Assembly (NCBI GenBank): GCA_021797775.1
Contig: JAJZZC010000001.1
Coordinates: forward strand, 3,049 to 67,048
From: Bacillota bacterium
Lineage (GTDB): Bacteria > Bacillota > Sulfobacillia > RBS10-35 > JAJYVN01
Reading direction: 5' to 3'
Length of the DNA: 64,000 nucleotides
In this document: positions 1 to 10,311 of the stretch, one piece after another
Layout: each line of letters starts with the position of its first letter
Position numbering within the stretch: the stretch's first letter is position 1
Made by a program: the position numbers and the translations under genes
Notes under the pieces: generated by a model
Told to the model about the DNA's origin: nothing
Databases searched by the model: none
What the model saw: the letters and a program-made list of their open reading frames with translations, nothing else

Positions 1-2
1 CG

Positions 3-848
3 CAGGACGTCCCAACCGCAGTGCACGAGTTGGCGGAAGCCCTGCCCCTCGGCCACGCAGGGCCCGAAGTCGAGGACCAGGGTCTTCTCCAAAACGTCCC
101 CCGCTTGGAGTGTCAGATAACCGCGCGCTGGATCGTGCACGGCCTGATTCTGGGCCGCGTAGATCGAATCGCGCTCGCCGTTCAACGCCATGGCGCCGCT
201 GAGGCTGAGGAGGTCGATGCCGGTGGCACTCCCTGCCCCCCCGAGCGTCCACCAGAGGTCCTCCCCTGCCCCGGGCAACCGGATGCGCCCCGGCAGCACC
301 AGCAGGGTGAGCGCCAGCCGGCGGCCGCCGGCCGCCCACTCGACGTTGATGCCGGGCACGGGCAAGCGGTGCTCCTCGACCACCAAGACGGAGCCCGTTA
401 CGGGCGCCAGGCGAGGCACCAGGCGCTCGGGCGCCGCTGACGGGTTGCCGTTGTAACTGACGCCGGGGAGGGTCACCTTGGCCGCCGAACCGCTGGGGGT
501 GGGCAAGCGGGTGCCGAGCGTCACCCCAACCAGTGGGGAGTCGCCCCGGACCATCCAGCGGCGGGTGAGCCAGACCCGCTCCCCCCGCCACCGCCAGCCG
601 TCGGCAATGGCCACCGCCCCGGCCTCGGCGCGGACGTACATCTCCCCCTTGGCATCTTGCTCCCACGCCAAAGACCGTAGGGGAGCCGGCGCCAGATCCC
701 ACGGCCGCGCAAACGATAGCGGCGTAAAGTCTGCGTAGCGGAACGAAAGGACGCACGTCGGCTCCACCCCGCGCCAGCGCAGCGCGACCCTCAGGTCGTC
801 GCCGGTACCGCTGAACGCGACGGCGCGTTCCCGGCTGTCATCCCACAT
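3..848 (-). CDS. hypothetical protein, runs off the left window edge (partial)
   Basis: Open frame from ATG at 848 (MWDDSRERAVAFSG...VTLPGVSYNGNPSAAPERLVPRL...VVEEHRLPVPGINVEW...) with no stop before position 1 and GC3-rich codons. Absent from the ORF track because no stop falls in the window. Confidence 0.7.
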   Translation of the reverse strand, partial: MWDDSRERAVAFSGTGDDLRVALRWRGVEPTCVLSFRYADFTPLSFARPWDLAPAPLRSLAWEQDAKGEMYVRAEAGAVAIADGWRWRGERVWLTRRWMVRGDSPLVGVTLGTRLPTPSGSAAKVTLPGVSYNGNPSAAPERLVPRLAPVTGSVLVVEEHRLPVPGINVEWAAGGRRLALTLLVLPGRIRLPGAGEDLWWTLGGAGSATGIDLLSLSGAMALNGERDSIYAAQNQAVHDPARGYLTLQAGDVLEKTLVLDFGPCVAEGQGFRQLVHCGWDVL

Positions 849-1368
849 GGTGCACGGAACGCGCACCGCACGCTCGTCTGGGTGCTGTCCCCCCGGATCC
901 CCCACCGCAGCGCACCCCCTCCCAAACCGATGGCCCAGGACCGCCCGGGACCGTGCAGGCGGAACCGACCCCACGAAGTAGCGGTTGGCAGGCCACGCGA
1001 ACCCCGCAGCGGGCCGTGTCCAGCCCTTCCATGCCGGAAGGCGACGTCGGCGTCAGCCGCCGGTGGGTCCGTCGCTGCCGGGGATCACGCCGCACTCGGG
1101 GGGCGTTGGTCTGCACCCCGTTGGTACGCATGACCCCGGTGCCCCCCCCGCCGCCGAGAGGCTTTGCCGTGCTGGCCAGCCCGGCGGCGGGCGCGGGCCG
1201 ACCCTGTCGCCGCGGGCGGCATCGCGCCCCACCTAGCGAGCCCCGCAGCCGCCGTCGCGAGGGCGGTGATCGCAGGATGCCTCCCATCGCCGCCCCCTCT
1301 GCCGTACGCCCCGTCCTCTCCGCTGAGGTGAGGCGCCAGAAGCGTCCTGCCGCCCTGCCGCCAGAACC

Positions 1369-3423
1369 CTACCCGCCCACTTGGTAGAAGGCGGTCGGTG
1401 TGAAGCTGAGATGATCGAACACGACGCTGAGGTTGTTGCCACCGTTATTGGACCCCCAGATGCCAACCCAGCAGCCGGCCATTTCCAGGGCGGCCGGGGT
1501 GCCGGCCAGCGTCCAGGTCGTCCCGTCCAGAGACGTGTACGCGGTCCACCGGATGACGTCACGCACGAGTTTGAACCATACCGGATGCAACAGGTAGTTC
1601 TTGGGCTGGGGGGAAGTCGTGCGTGGGAGCAGCAGCCCTGCCTCGGGCAGCACCGCAGGCCCGCCGAAGCCACTCTCATCCGTCACCTGGACCTCGGGCA
1701 GCGGCCGGTTCCAGACGTGGACGCCGCGATTGATGGCGGCGGCCACCGTCATCACGGGGCAAGTGCCGCTGAGGTCCCCTCGGGCCATCAACCCGACCTT
1801 GGCTCCTGTCGATGGTCCACCGCCCACGCTGCCGATGGCCGTCAGGCGGCACGCAAATGTGCCCGTGCTGGACGTCCACGGCATACAGGCGAACGTCATG
1901 CCGTCGTTGATGGCCAGCGAGATACCATGACCAGAGCCGATGAGCGTGTACACTCCGTTCTTCACACTCACGGATCCCTTCGGCGCCAGCGTCGGTGCCC
2001 GCCCAAGGCCGGTCTTTGATGGCACGGGGAATGTCACCGCATGCTTGGCCTTCACCGCTTGACCCAGGACTCCCGCGAGCTTGGCCTCGGCACCAAGCGC
2101 CACGGCGGCGGTGGTCTCCAGGGCGTTGATTTGCTTCGCGGCGGCAGCGAATGCGCCGGCCACGGAAATGCTCTTGCTAAGAATCTTTCCGCCCCACGAA
2201 TTCAGGATATTGGTGGCCTCCGAAGGGAAGTACTCGAAGTCCGAGCGGATGGCCAGGTGTGAAGCCATCTGAGTCAGAACCCCCAGGTTCTTTCCCCGCA
2301 GCGGGGGCGCGTACTGCTCCAACGTAGCCACGTACTCTGGCCACAGCGCGTTCAATACCGGCCCTTGCAACTGGACCTTCATCATCCAGCGTTGCCATTC
2401 GGGCCGCGCGGACATCCAGTAGATGAAGGACCATGCGGCTGACGGCTGTTTGGTGATGGCGGAAACCGTGAGGGCATCGGGGCCCGAGTCGTTGAAGACC
2501 CCCCGCGGAAAGGAGGGCAGTGGCCAGAAGTCCCACTTCTGTCCCTGGAACCGCGCGGCAATCTGCGGCAGGGCGTTCATCCCAAAGATATCGGACACCG
2601 CGAGACCCTTCGCCCACTGCGCCGGAAAGGTGCTGGTGGTCAGCCAGGCCTTGCCGGACAGTAGCAAGTCGAAGAACCACTCGCCCGCAGCTATAGCCTC
2701 TGGACTATCCATGGTGCAATGCCGGGGATTCGTCGGGTCAACGTAGGAGCCGCCCCACCCATGCAGGTAACACGAGGCGGGGACGTTGCCTGCGGTGGCT
2801 TGGCCCAGCAACCCCCCCCCGTACACATGCTTCTTGGATGTGATACTCGTGCCCGCGGCCCAGAGCTTGGCGGCCTCCGCAACATCCCAGGTAGGAGAGG
2901 GATAAGGGAGACCGGCGGCGTCGAGCATGCCTTCGTTGACGATCATCCCGTAGGCGTTGGTGTTGTATGGGAGTCCCCACAGCGCACCCCCCGTCCGCCA
3001 GTGCCCCGCGATACCGTTCCACATCGCAAAGTCGACGTTGGCCTGCGAGGCGTATGGGGCCAGGTTCAGCAGAGCGCGCGCCTGCATCACCTCACCTGCA
3101 AAGCCGGTGCCGAAGACGTCGGGAGCTTGTCCGGAGAGCACGTCGCCCACAAACTGTGAATCGCCGATTCCCGGCACCCACCTGATCCTGATACCGCGGT
3201 TGGCGGCCAGAAAAGGCGCGATTCCTCGGTTGCCGATCTCGATCCACACCGGGGTCGTCCCGATAAGACTCACCTGCAGTTCCACCACACCCGACCCGGC
3301 GGTCGGTACCGCGGCCACCGCCGCCGGTCCGAGCAGACCGACCGCCAGCACAGCCCCGACACCCGTGGCTCCGGTTCCGATCAGGCGGCGGCGCGTTGCC
3401 GTGATCCCAGAAGTCCGCAACAC
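1369..3423 (-). CDS. Tat-signal extracellular solute-binding protein (family 1-like) fused to a C-terminal ConA-like beta-sandwich domain; paralogue 1
   Basis: TRRRLI twin-Arg followed by a hydrophobic stretch. SBP motifs: SGQAPDVF, LWGLPY, VNEGMLDAAGLPYP, KWDFWPLP, AAWSFIYWM. C-terminal domain motifs: AKVGLMARGDLS, YTSLDGTTWT, GCWVG. Start chosen at GTG 3423 after a GGGAGGGA RBS (ORF track extends to 3528). Confidence 0.85.
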   Translation of the reverse strand: MLRTSGITATRRRLIGTGATGVGAVLAVGLLGPAAVAAVPTAGSGVVELQVSLIGTTPVWIEIGNRGIAPFLAANRGIRIRWVPGIGDSQFVGDVLSGQAPDVFGTGFAGEVMQARALLNLAPYASQANVDFAMWNGIAGHWRTGGALWGLPYNTNAYGMIVNEGMLDAAGLPYPSPTWDVAEAAKLWAAGTSITSKKHVYGGGLLGQATAGNVPASCYLHGWGGSYVDPTNPRHCTMDSPEAIAAGEWFFDLLLSGKAWLTTSTFPAQWAKGLAVSDIFGMNALPQIAARFQGQKWDFWPLPSFPRGVFNDSGPDALTVSAITKQPSAAWSFIYWMSARPEWQRWMMKVQLQGPVLNALWPEYVATLEQYAPPLRGKNLGVLTQMASHLAIRSDFEYFPSEATNILNSWGGKILSKSISVAGAFAAAAKQINALETTAAVALGAEAKLAGVLGQAVKAKHAVTFPVPSKTGLGRAPTLAPKGSVSVKNGVYTLIGSGHGISLAINDGMTFACMPWTSSTGTFACRLTAIGSVGGGPSTGAKVGLMARGDLSGTCPVMTVAAAINRGVHVWNRPLPEVQVTDESGFGGPAVLPEAGLLLPRTTSPQPKNYLLHPVWFKLVRDVIRWTAYTSLDGTTWTLAGTPAALEMAGCWVGIWGSNNGGNNLSVVFDHLSFTPTAFYQVGG

Positions 3424-4962
3424 GGAATCGTCCCTCCCGTCCTGTGTGCCGATGGAAACAACCACATGCTCCGAGGGGTCGGCGTGGGGCCTCTGGACAA
3501 CGTGACATCTGGTGGTACCCACCGCCATCGCGCCCAGCCCCCAGCACCCTGGCTACAGTGACGACACTGCGCAGTACGTCGCGAGCCGAACCGCTCTGCT
3601 GCAAACCGCGGACACCTTGGGTGGACTCCGGCTGGCATGAGCGACCGGCCGGGGCCGGCGGGCAGGTGCGTGGATCGATGGCCCGCGCCGGGCCGCGGGC
3701 GAGTCGGCGCGCTGGCGCGAGCGCGGTAGGGACAAGTCGGACGGCTCCTTCACGCCATCGCAGGCGATCGTCCGGCGGCCCACGGCTTCCGCCCACCATA
3801 CGGCGCGCGGGGGCGGCGCCTCGCGGCGGCCCCGTGCGTACCGCTGCATGCGAGCCGGCTGGCGGGGAATGGAGGGTCCCTGGCGCGCGGCGTATGGCGC
3901 TTTGGCGGAGATCGCCTCACACGGCATGGTGACATGGAGAGGCCTGTGGGGAAGCGCGGCGCGGGTCGCGGTTGCGGAAGCCGGGGGATGCGCCGTTATC
4001 GACTAAGACTTCTCAACCAACACAAACAACCCCTCCATTCTCCCATCGTGTACCGCAAGGACAACGCCTGTATGGGTATACGCCGGGCGGGTAATGGGGC
4101 CGCCGTTTTATGGATACATCCCTAGTGCCATCGGATCTACCCTCGACCGCCACATGCCCGCCAGACTGCATGCGCGGTCGAGGCGGTACCGCAACGGAGA
4201 ACACCGCGAGTCTGGCACGCCCGAGGTGGTGCTGTCAACCCCCCATCGGTACACTTCACCGGTCAGCGGCCCGCGCGCATGGCCGCATCGTCCGGATGGG
4301 CGCCTCCCTCTCCGGCGGCAGCCACGACCGCGTTGCCCTCCACCTTCCACCGGCATCCTTCGCGGCAGAGACGATGGCGCGGGCGTGCAGCGGCGGAGAG
4401 ATATCCCGTCGGCAGTGCGCCCAGGGCCGAAGGCCCCCCTCCCGTGGGGCGGTCCGACTCGCCGCCTTGGGCCCGTGGGCCCCTTGGCACTGCCCACCCG
4501 ACTACACGCTGGGACCGGGCCCCACCGTCCGTATTCCTCTCGCGGGACCACGCCCGGCGCGCCCAACGTGTAGGGGCTCAGACTACGTGGCGGCAGCAAA
4601 CCTTTTCCCGCTCGGGAAGACCCTGTGCCGCCTGGCTGCTGCCGGGGTCAAGGCCGCGCGGCGGGTGTCAGCCCTTGGCCTTGACCCCAAGGCGGCCGGG
4701 CACGGGAGCGGCTACACCCCAGAGCCCGCCATCCCCTCCTCAGATCTCTCTGTATCGACATCCTGAGTTGTCTTGGCAGAGCCCCCCGGCCGACACGCCG
4801 TCTGAGGCGCGGTAGACGGCCCAGCGGTTGTGGCCGCTCCTGGCACGGACCGCTCACGCTTCCCCGGGCGCGCCGCCCCTCCACGGGGGATGGGGCGTGG
4901 AGATCCGCCCCCACCACCGTTGCCCGCGCCCTGAGGCGACGGCGGCGGGGGCGCGTCTTCTG

Positions 4963-4991
4963 TTGCACCGAACCGACACACCGCATATACT
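4963..4991 (+). promoter_or_regulatory. sigmaA-type promoter upstream of the NRAMP locus
   Basis: TTGCAC-17 bp-TATACT. The -10 lies inside the inverted repeat ACCGCA...TGCGGT. Confidence 0.6.
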
Positions 4992-5040
4992 CTGTGCGGT
5001 TGATTTAGCCATGGTGAAACGAAGGAGGTGATGCAGCGAA

Positions 5041-5202
5041 ATGGAGCGCCGGACAGCGGAAGACCACCTGGCGGACATCTGCCGCCCGTGGCGAGGGGCC
5101 TGGGCGCGACCACGGGCGCCAGCGCCGAGCGGCGCAGCATCAGTCCCACATCGCCCCCGCGAGGTGATGGCGGTTGGCCCGGAGCGGCCCGAAATGGCCT
5201 AG
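5041..5202 (+). CDS. putative 53-aa leader or small ORF
   Basis: AAGGAGGTGA Shine-Dalgarno upstream; MERRTAEDHLADICRPW...PERPEMA*. No recognisable family. Confidence 0.3.
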   Translation: MERRTAEDHLADICRPWRGAWARPRAPAPSGAASVPHRPREVMAVGPERPEMA

Positions 5203-5606
5203 GAGGACGAGAGGGTCCCGTTGGGCGAGCCCCATCCCACCGGGGTGGTGGCCTCGACGTCGGACGTGGCCCCACAGGTTGTGGCCGGTGCGGCCAAGAC
5301 CGCTTGCGGCGCGTCCTCGGAGGGACCGGCCCAGGTCGCTTGCCGGGCTGGCTCGGAAGCAAAGCGACCAAGCGACCGTGGCCGCGCGGCAGCGGACTTC
5401 GCGTCGGTCACCTACCGGGCCTACGAGGGCCGTGCTCCTGACCGACGAGAGGCCCGGCGGTCCCCACCGCGCACCTCCCACCGACACAGGCTGCGCGGAG
5501 CGGTCGTCGGCGATGGAATTGGGGCTCCCGTGGGCCACGCTCGGCGCGTCCGCGCTGCACCGCCTGACCGACCAGGCACCACAGACTGAGGGAGGGAGGA
5601 CCAGGC

Positions 5607-7013
5607 ATGCCCGAGCGCCCTTCTGCGGCGCCCGCCCCAGCAGGCCCGCCCACCGCGGCGGTCACCGGCGCGACCGCGTCCGATGGGATTGTGATCACGC
5701 ACGAGGACATCGACCGGGCCCGGGACCGGTTGGCGGTGGAACGCGCCCGCCGCGGCGGGCGGTTCGCCTGGACGCGGCTGCTCTGGTTGCTCGTCGGGCC
5801 GGGTATCCTCGTGATGCTGGGCGAAAACGACGCCCCGAGCATGCTGTCGTACGCGGCGACCGGTGCGCGGTTCGGGATCGGCTTCTTTGTGCCCTTTATC
5901 GTAGTGACGTTCATGATGGCCTACGTGGTGCAGGAGATGACGGTGCGCCTCGGCGCCACCACGCACCGGGGGCATGCGGAACTGATCTTCGACCGTTTCG
6001 GTCGGTTTTGGGGCTCCTTTGCCATGGGCGACCTTGTCCTCGGCAACTTCCTCACGCTGATTACGGAATTCATCGGCATCCGGGCGGGGCTTGGCTTCTT
6101 CGGCGTGCCGCCGCTCGTCTCGGTGAGCGCGGCCGTGTGCATCGTCATGGTCAGCGCCATGACGAGCCGCTATTGGACGTGGGAACGGCTGACGATCGGA
6201 CTCGCCATCTTCAACGGGCTCTTTATCCCGGTGGCCTTCCTCGTCCACCCCGCCTGGGGCACGGTCGGTCGTTCCCTCCTGACCTGGTCCCCGCTGCCCG
6301 GGCACCTGCTGAGCGGCGGTACGCTGACCATCCTCATGGCGGACATCGGGGCCACCGTCACCCCATGGATGCTCTTTTTCCAGCAGGGCGCGGTGGTCGA
6401 CAAGGGCCTGCAGCCCCGCGACGTCGGCAGCGGCCGGCTCGACACCGTCATTGGGGCCGTGCTGGCCAGCCTCTTCGCGGTCGCCTGCGTCGTGGCGACA
6501 TCCCCCCTACACACGCACGGCATCAACACCGGCGACTATCAGGCGGCGAACTTCGCGCGGGCGCTGCTGCCCTACGCCGGCCGTGTCGGAGCGACGCTGT
6601 TCGCGCTCGGTGTCTTCGAGGCCGGCCTGGTCGCCTCGATCACCATCTCCACCTCGTCGGCGTACGCGTTTGGCGAGGTGGCCGGAAGCGCGCACAGTCT
6701 CAACCGCCCGCTCGGCGAGGGCCGGCTCTTCTATGCCGTGCTGCTGGCCTCCGCGGTGAGCGCGGGGGCCCTGGTGCTCATCCCGCACGCACCCCTGGAA
6801 TTCGTGGTGCTGGTCGTCAACGTCATCGCGGTGCTGGCCATGCCTCCGGCCCTGATTTTCCTGGTGCTGCTGGTCAACGACCCTGAGCTGATGGGAGACC
6901 AGCGCTCGAGCCTCTGGTCGAACGTCGCGGTGATCACCACCACCGTGTTGTTGGTCGCGGCCGGACTGTTGTATGGAATCAGCGTGCTGTTTCCCAAGGC
7001 CTTGGGCGGATGA
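5607..7013 (+). CDS. NRAMP-family divalent metal transporter (Mg2+-transporter-like clade)
   Basis: GPGILVMLGENDA, VQEMTVRLGA, GATVTPWMLFFQQ motifs; about 11 TM segments; GGAGGA RBS. Confidence 0.9.
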   Translation: MPERPSAAPAPAGPPTAAVTGATASDGIVITHEDIDRARDRLAVERARRGGRFAWTRLLWLLVGPGILVMLGENDAPSMLSYAATGARFGIGFFVPFIVVTFMMAYVVQEMTVRLGATTHRGHAELIFDRFGRFWGSFAMGDLVLGNFLTLITEFIGIRAGLGFFGVPPLVSVSAAVCIVMVSAMTSRYWTWERLTIGLAIFNGLFIPVAFLVHPAWGTVGRSLLTWSPLPGHLLSGGTLTILMADIGATVTPWMLFFQQGAVVDKGLQPRDVGSGRLDTVIGAVLASLFAVACVVATSPLHTHGINTGDYQAANFARALLPYAGRVGATLFALGVFEAGLVASITISTSSAYAFGEVAGSAHSLNRPLGEGRLFYAVLLASAVSAGALVLIPHAPLEFVVLVVNVIAVLAMPPALIFLVLLVNDPELMGDQRSSLWSNVAVITTTVLLVAAGLLYGISVLFPKALGG

Positions 7014-7351
7014 CGCGCCGATCGGTACGGCAGCGGCCAGGGGGGAATCCCAGAGTGGCGAATGAAGAGCACCTGTTGGCTGGTGTGGCTGTCGCGCAAC
7101 GCGGCGTATCCGCCGGGGTCCCGCCCCGGGTCGCGGGTCCGCCGCCCGCGGCGGATCGGGAGCGTGACGCAGCCGTAGTCCTGACCGTGCTCGAGCCCGA
7201 CCAGCTCGTGGCCGCCAAGCGGTCGCGCTTCTGCCTGTGCCGCGTGTCGCCTGGGCTGGGGGGGGTCCTGTGGGGGCTCCGCTCATACGTGGTCTTCATG
7301 CTGGCGGTCGTGACGATTGAGGTGGTGAAGGGGCTCACCGGCCACGGATGA
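7010..7351 (+). CDS. small membrane protein translationally coupled to the NRAMP gene
   Basis: ATGA overlap with the NRAMP stop; C-terminal TM LWGLRSYVVFMLAVV, resembling small genes found after this NRAMP clade. Start uncertain. Confidence 0.6.
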   Translation: MTRRSVRQRPGGNPRVANEEHLLAGVAVAQRGVSAGVPPRVAGPPPAADRERDAAVVLTVLEPDQLVAAKRSRFCLCRVSPGLGGVLWGLRSYVVFMLAVVTIEVVKGLTGHG

Positions 7352-7860
7352 GCCCTCCGTACGGCGGGCGGCAGCACTGTCGGCCCGGCGTCATGCTTCG
7401 GCGCCACGGCTGGGACCGCGGGCGTTGGACGCGGGATTTCCGGCGTCGCGCCCGCACGCCGTTGGCCCCGCACTTGGCGCCGTGGAACCACGAGGAGTTG
7501 CGCCGCTGGCGGCCGAACCGCACCCCTGCGCCCGCCGCACGGGGAAGGACCGCCTTGGACCCCAACTGCGCGCGGACCTGGACGCCCTGCGCGCCGAAGC
7601 CGAGAGCCGCCGGCAGATGGTGGTCATGCTGGGCGCCCTGACCACCGGCCCACGGACCGAGATCGCCCTCACCGGCGCCGTGGCCGCGCTCCAGGTGGTG
7701 ACCGTCGCCCGCAAGGAAGCCCGCGTCCGGCACGAGGAGACATGGCAGAAGAACGACGCCCTGGGCGAAGGCTCTCCACCCACCAGCGCGAGGAGGCCGA
7801 CCGCGAGGAAGCCCTCCTCAACGCCCACATCGCGCCCCTAGAGGTCAGCGCCGCCAACCT

Positions 7861-8129
7861 CCATAAGCCCCCCATGCCGGCGGGGCCGGCGCCACGCGGC
7901 ATGAACCTGACTTTCGCAAAGGGGCGGCCGGTCGCCTTGGTGCCCAGGGGCCGGCCCCTCGCCACGAACTCACCCGCTGCCGTCGCGGGGTCCTTCTGCG
8001 CCAGCGGCGTCCGCCTGACACTGCGAGATTCAGGATGAAAACGCGGGCGGGTGTCGGCGACGGCGCCTAGTAGTCCTTGGCGCACATGACCACTACTGGT
8101 AGTGGCACCCGCGGCCTTTTTCGCAGGAG
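7861..8129. repeat. about 270-bp composite repeat (host repeat plus nested MITE), copy A
   Basis: Reverse complement aligns end to end with 43246-43513. Confidence 0.9.
7906..8034 (-). mobile_element. 129-bp MITE, copy 1
   Basis: Termini CCTGACTTTCGCA and TGCGAGATTCAGG; 5-bp direct repeat ATGAA on both sides. Confidence 0.9.
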
Positions 8130-8723
8130 GAGCGCATCACGGCCCTCCAGGGCAGGGAGCAACAGGACGACGGCGCCCCGCCGCGGGCGCTCCCCTCACC
8201 GCCCCCCGTCCCCGTCGGCGGGCCGCCATGGCATCGCCACCCACCAGCGTGCCCCCGGCAACCCCAGGGCACGAACCCCTTCCGCCGATTCTCGCACGAC
8301 CGGGGGTACGCCCGACGCCCGCGTCTTGCGCCACCGCCCCCAGGGCGTCCGCGACCGCCGCCAGTAACACGTCTCCCGCGGTGTTCCACCGGCTGGCGGC
8401 CAGCCCCGCGCAGGGCCGTCGTGACCGCCGCCACCTCGCCGAGGCTCCAGGTGGCGATGGCCGTCCCTCGACAGCATACCGCCGGATACGACGGCGCCGG
8501 CGCGGACAAGTCGCCGAGATGTGTGCATAATCAGCCGGGGGATGATCGCGCCGCGACGGGACGGGCAACGGCACATCCGCCTGTCGGCTGACGAACTCCC
8601 GCCCTGGAGGCCCTGCGGGGAGCCGTCGCGGCGCCCCGCTCACAGGCGGATGTCGTGGCGGCGTGCCTGCGGCGCGAACTCGCCACGCATCCGCGCGACG
8701 CCGCGAGCCAGGAGGCATGGAGC

Positions 8724-9044
8724 ATGTTGCAAGAAGAGGACGCTGAGCCCCGCGCTCGCTCGAGTCGGCCGGCGACCGCGCCGAAGCCCGTGGCGCGGCC
8801 AGCGCCGTCCCCGCAGCCTCCGGACCCCGTGCGAGTCGGCGCGCGGTTCGCTCATCGGACCTGGCGCGGCACACAGGGTGACGGGCCGCCCACGGTCTGC
8901 GTCGTGACCTCGGCCACGCCCAGAGAGGTCCGGTTCCACAAGGTCGGCCGCGGGGGCGGACAGGTCGGCCGGGAGTACCGCTGCCAGCGGGAGGAGTTTG
9001 GGTACGTTCACCTGGGCGCATGGCGTGGGAGCGCCGGCCAGTAG
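8724..9044 (+). CDS. hypothetical protein
   Basis: AGGAGG RBS upstream of ATG; globular-looking C-terminal half (VRVGARFAHRTW...VCVVTSATPREVRFHKV...EEFGYVHLGAW). Confidence 0.55.
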   Translation: MLQEEDAEPRARSSRPATAPKPVARPAPSPQPPDPVRVGARFAHRTWRGTQGDGPPTVCVVTSATPREVRFHKVGRGGGQVGREYRCQREEFGYVHLGAWRGSAGQ

Positions 9045-9630
9045 TCGCCTGGAGCTCGTGAGTATATCCACGCTGATCGGCGGGCGGGGCCCGGCTTGGC
9101 GCCGCTACCTGGCGTCTCTGGAACCCAAGTCGGCACAGCGGGATACGCCGGTAGTGACCGTCAGCACTCCACAACGGAGCCGGGAGGGCACCCACGTATC
9201 GGAAGCCTACCCGGCGCCCGTCCGGTACGTGGCGCCAGGTAGGCTTCGGCCGCTTGGCGAGTGAAGCCCGGGTCCTACGGAACGGTGCCGGAGTGGCCCA
9301 TTGGAGGCGCGCTTCGACTGGGACGGCGCCGATGTGGTGATCGCCCGGCCCGGGATCCCTCGAAATGGTGCGCCGTGACTTCGACCGCCAGAAACTCCAG
9401 ATCGTGGGCCTGCGGTCCGACGGACTCGACGCCCGGGCCGCGCCCGCCGCCAGGGCACGTCCGGCCCATGGCCCCACCACTCACTTCGCGACCCGCCCCC
9501 TACCCCCGGTGCGCCGCGAACAGGAGGTGGGCGCCGGTCTCCGGTGCACGCCGGCAGGCGTCCACCTCGGCCTCCTCCCCCGGCTTTAGCTATGGGGAGG
9601 TTCAGATCCCGGCTATCAGGCGCGCCAGCT

Positions 9631-9858
9631 TCAGCTGCGCACGCCCCGCTGGCGCTGGCGCCAGCGCCGCCAAGCCACGACCGCCCACACCGCTTCGACG
9701 ACGCCGAAGGGCCATGTCCTCGCCATCCACCCGTACGCGGAGGATGCCAGGCACGCAAAAGCGAAGGCCAGAGTAAAAGCGGGGGCCCGTTCTTCCAGAG
9801 CGTAAAAGACGAGCATGAGCAGCACGGCGCCGGCCCCGAAGAGGGTCAGTGGAGACAC
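9631..9858 (-). CDS. small integral membrane protein
   Basis: 75 aa with 3 TM segments (LMLVFYALEER...SAYGW...WPFGVVEAVWAVVAWRRW); GGAAGGGA RBS. Confidence 0.8.
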   Translation of the reverse strand: MSPLTLFGAGAVLLMLVFYALEERAPAFTLAFAFACLASSAYGWMARTWPFGVVEAVWAVVAWRRWRQRQRGVRS

Positions 9859-10311
9859 GTGGCCGCCATCCCTTCCGGCGGCGTCCCCGTTTCACACGTG
9901 GCGCGGGAATGGGCGATGGGCATTCGCCCGGGGGGGCGCCGCTCGTATGTCAGTCGATCCCACCGCGCGCGTCCGATCCCATTCGCCGCGGAACCGGCCC
10001 ATGTTCGCATCGGGGCGCTGCGCCACGCAATCCCTTGTGGGTGTTTCTGACACCGCCGGTCAGCACGCGGCGCGATAGGGCGCGACACCAGGGCGCAAGG
10101 CCGGGGAACGGGCCGCACCACCCTCCGCTCCCCCCGCCGGCCGCTCCTTCATCGCCTCGGCGGCAGCGGCGGCCCCCCCACGCTGCGTGCCATGATCGGG
10201 GGTTGGTGGCGCGGTGCCCGCCGCCGGTTGCCGAGCCGTCCTAACGGCCTGGGCGCCTGCCCCGGAGCGCCGCGCCCGGCGCCTCCGGGGCAGGCGGCGA
10301 GCCGCCCGCCT

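Noticed and set aside
5505-5545. GGCGATGG resembling the start of a fluoride riboswitch
   Set aside because: The complementary TCGCC arm and the downstream GCTRATGAC motif are absent.
5221-5589. 122-aa ORF before NRAMP
   Set aside because: TTG start, low-complexity composition and no recognisable family; treated as leader sequence.
7425-7860. Coiled-coil-like peptide pieces in two frames (QLRADLDALRAEAE..., EEADREEALLNAH...)
   Set aside because: Possibly a pseudogene, but no family could be assigned.
8090-8105. CCACTACTGGTAGTGG as an NrdR box
   Set aside because: It lies within a dispersed repeat, with no ribonucleotide reductase gene nearby and no convincing tandem second box.
9201-9589. 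Strong hairpin at 9201-9247 followed by protein-like fragments
   Set aside because: Single occurrence, probably a terminator plus decayed sequence; cannot be assigned.
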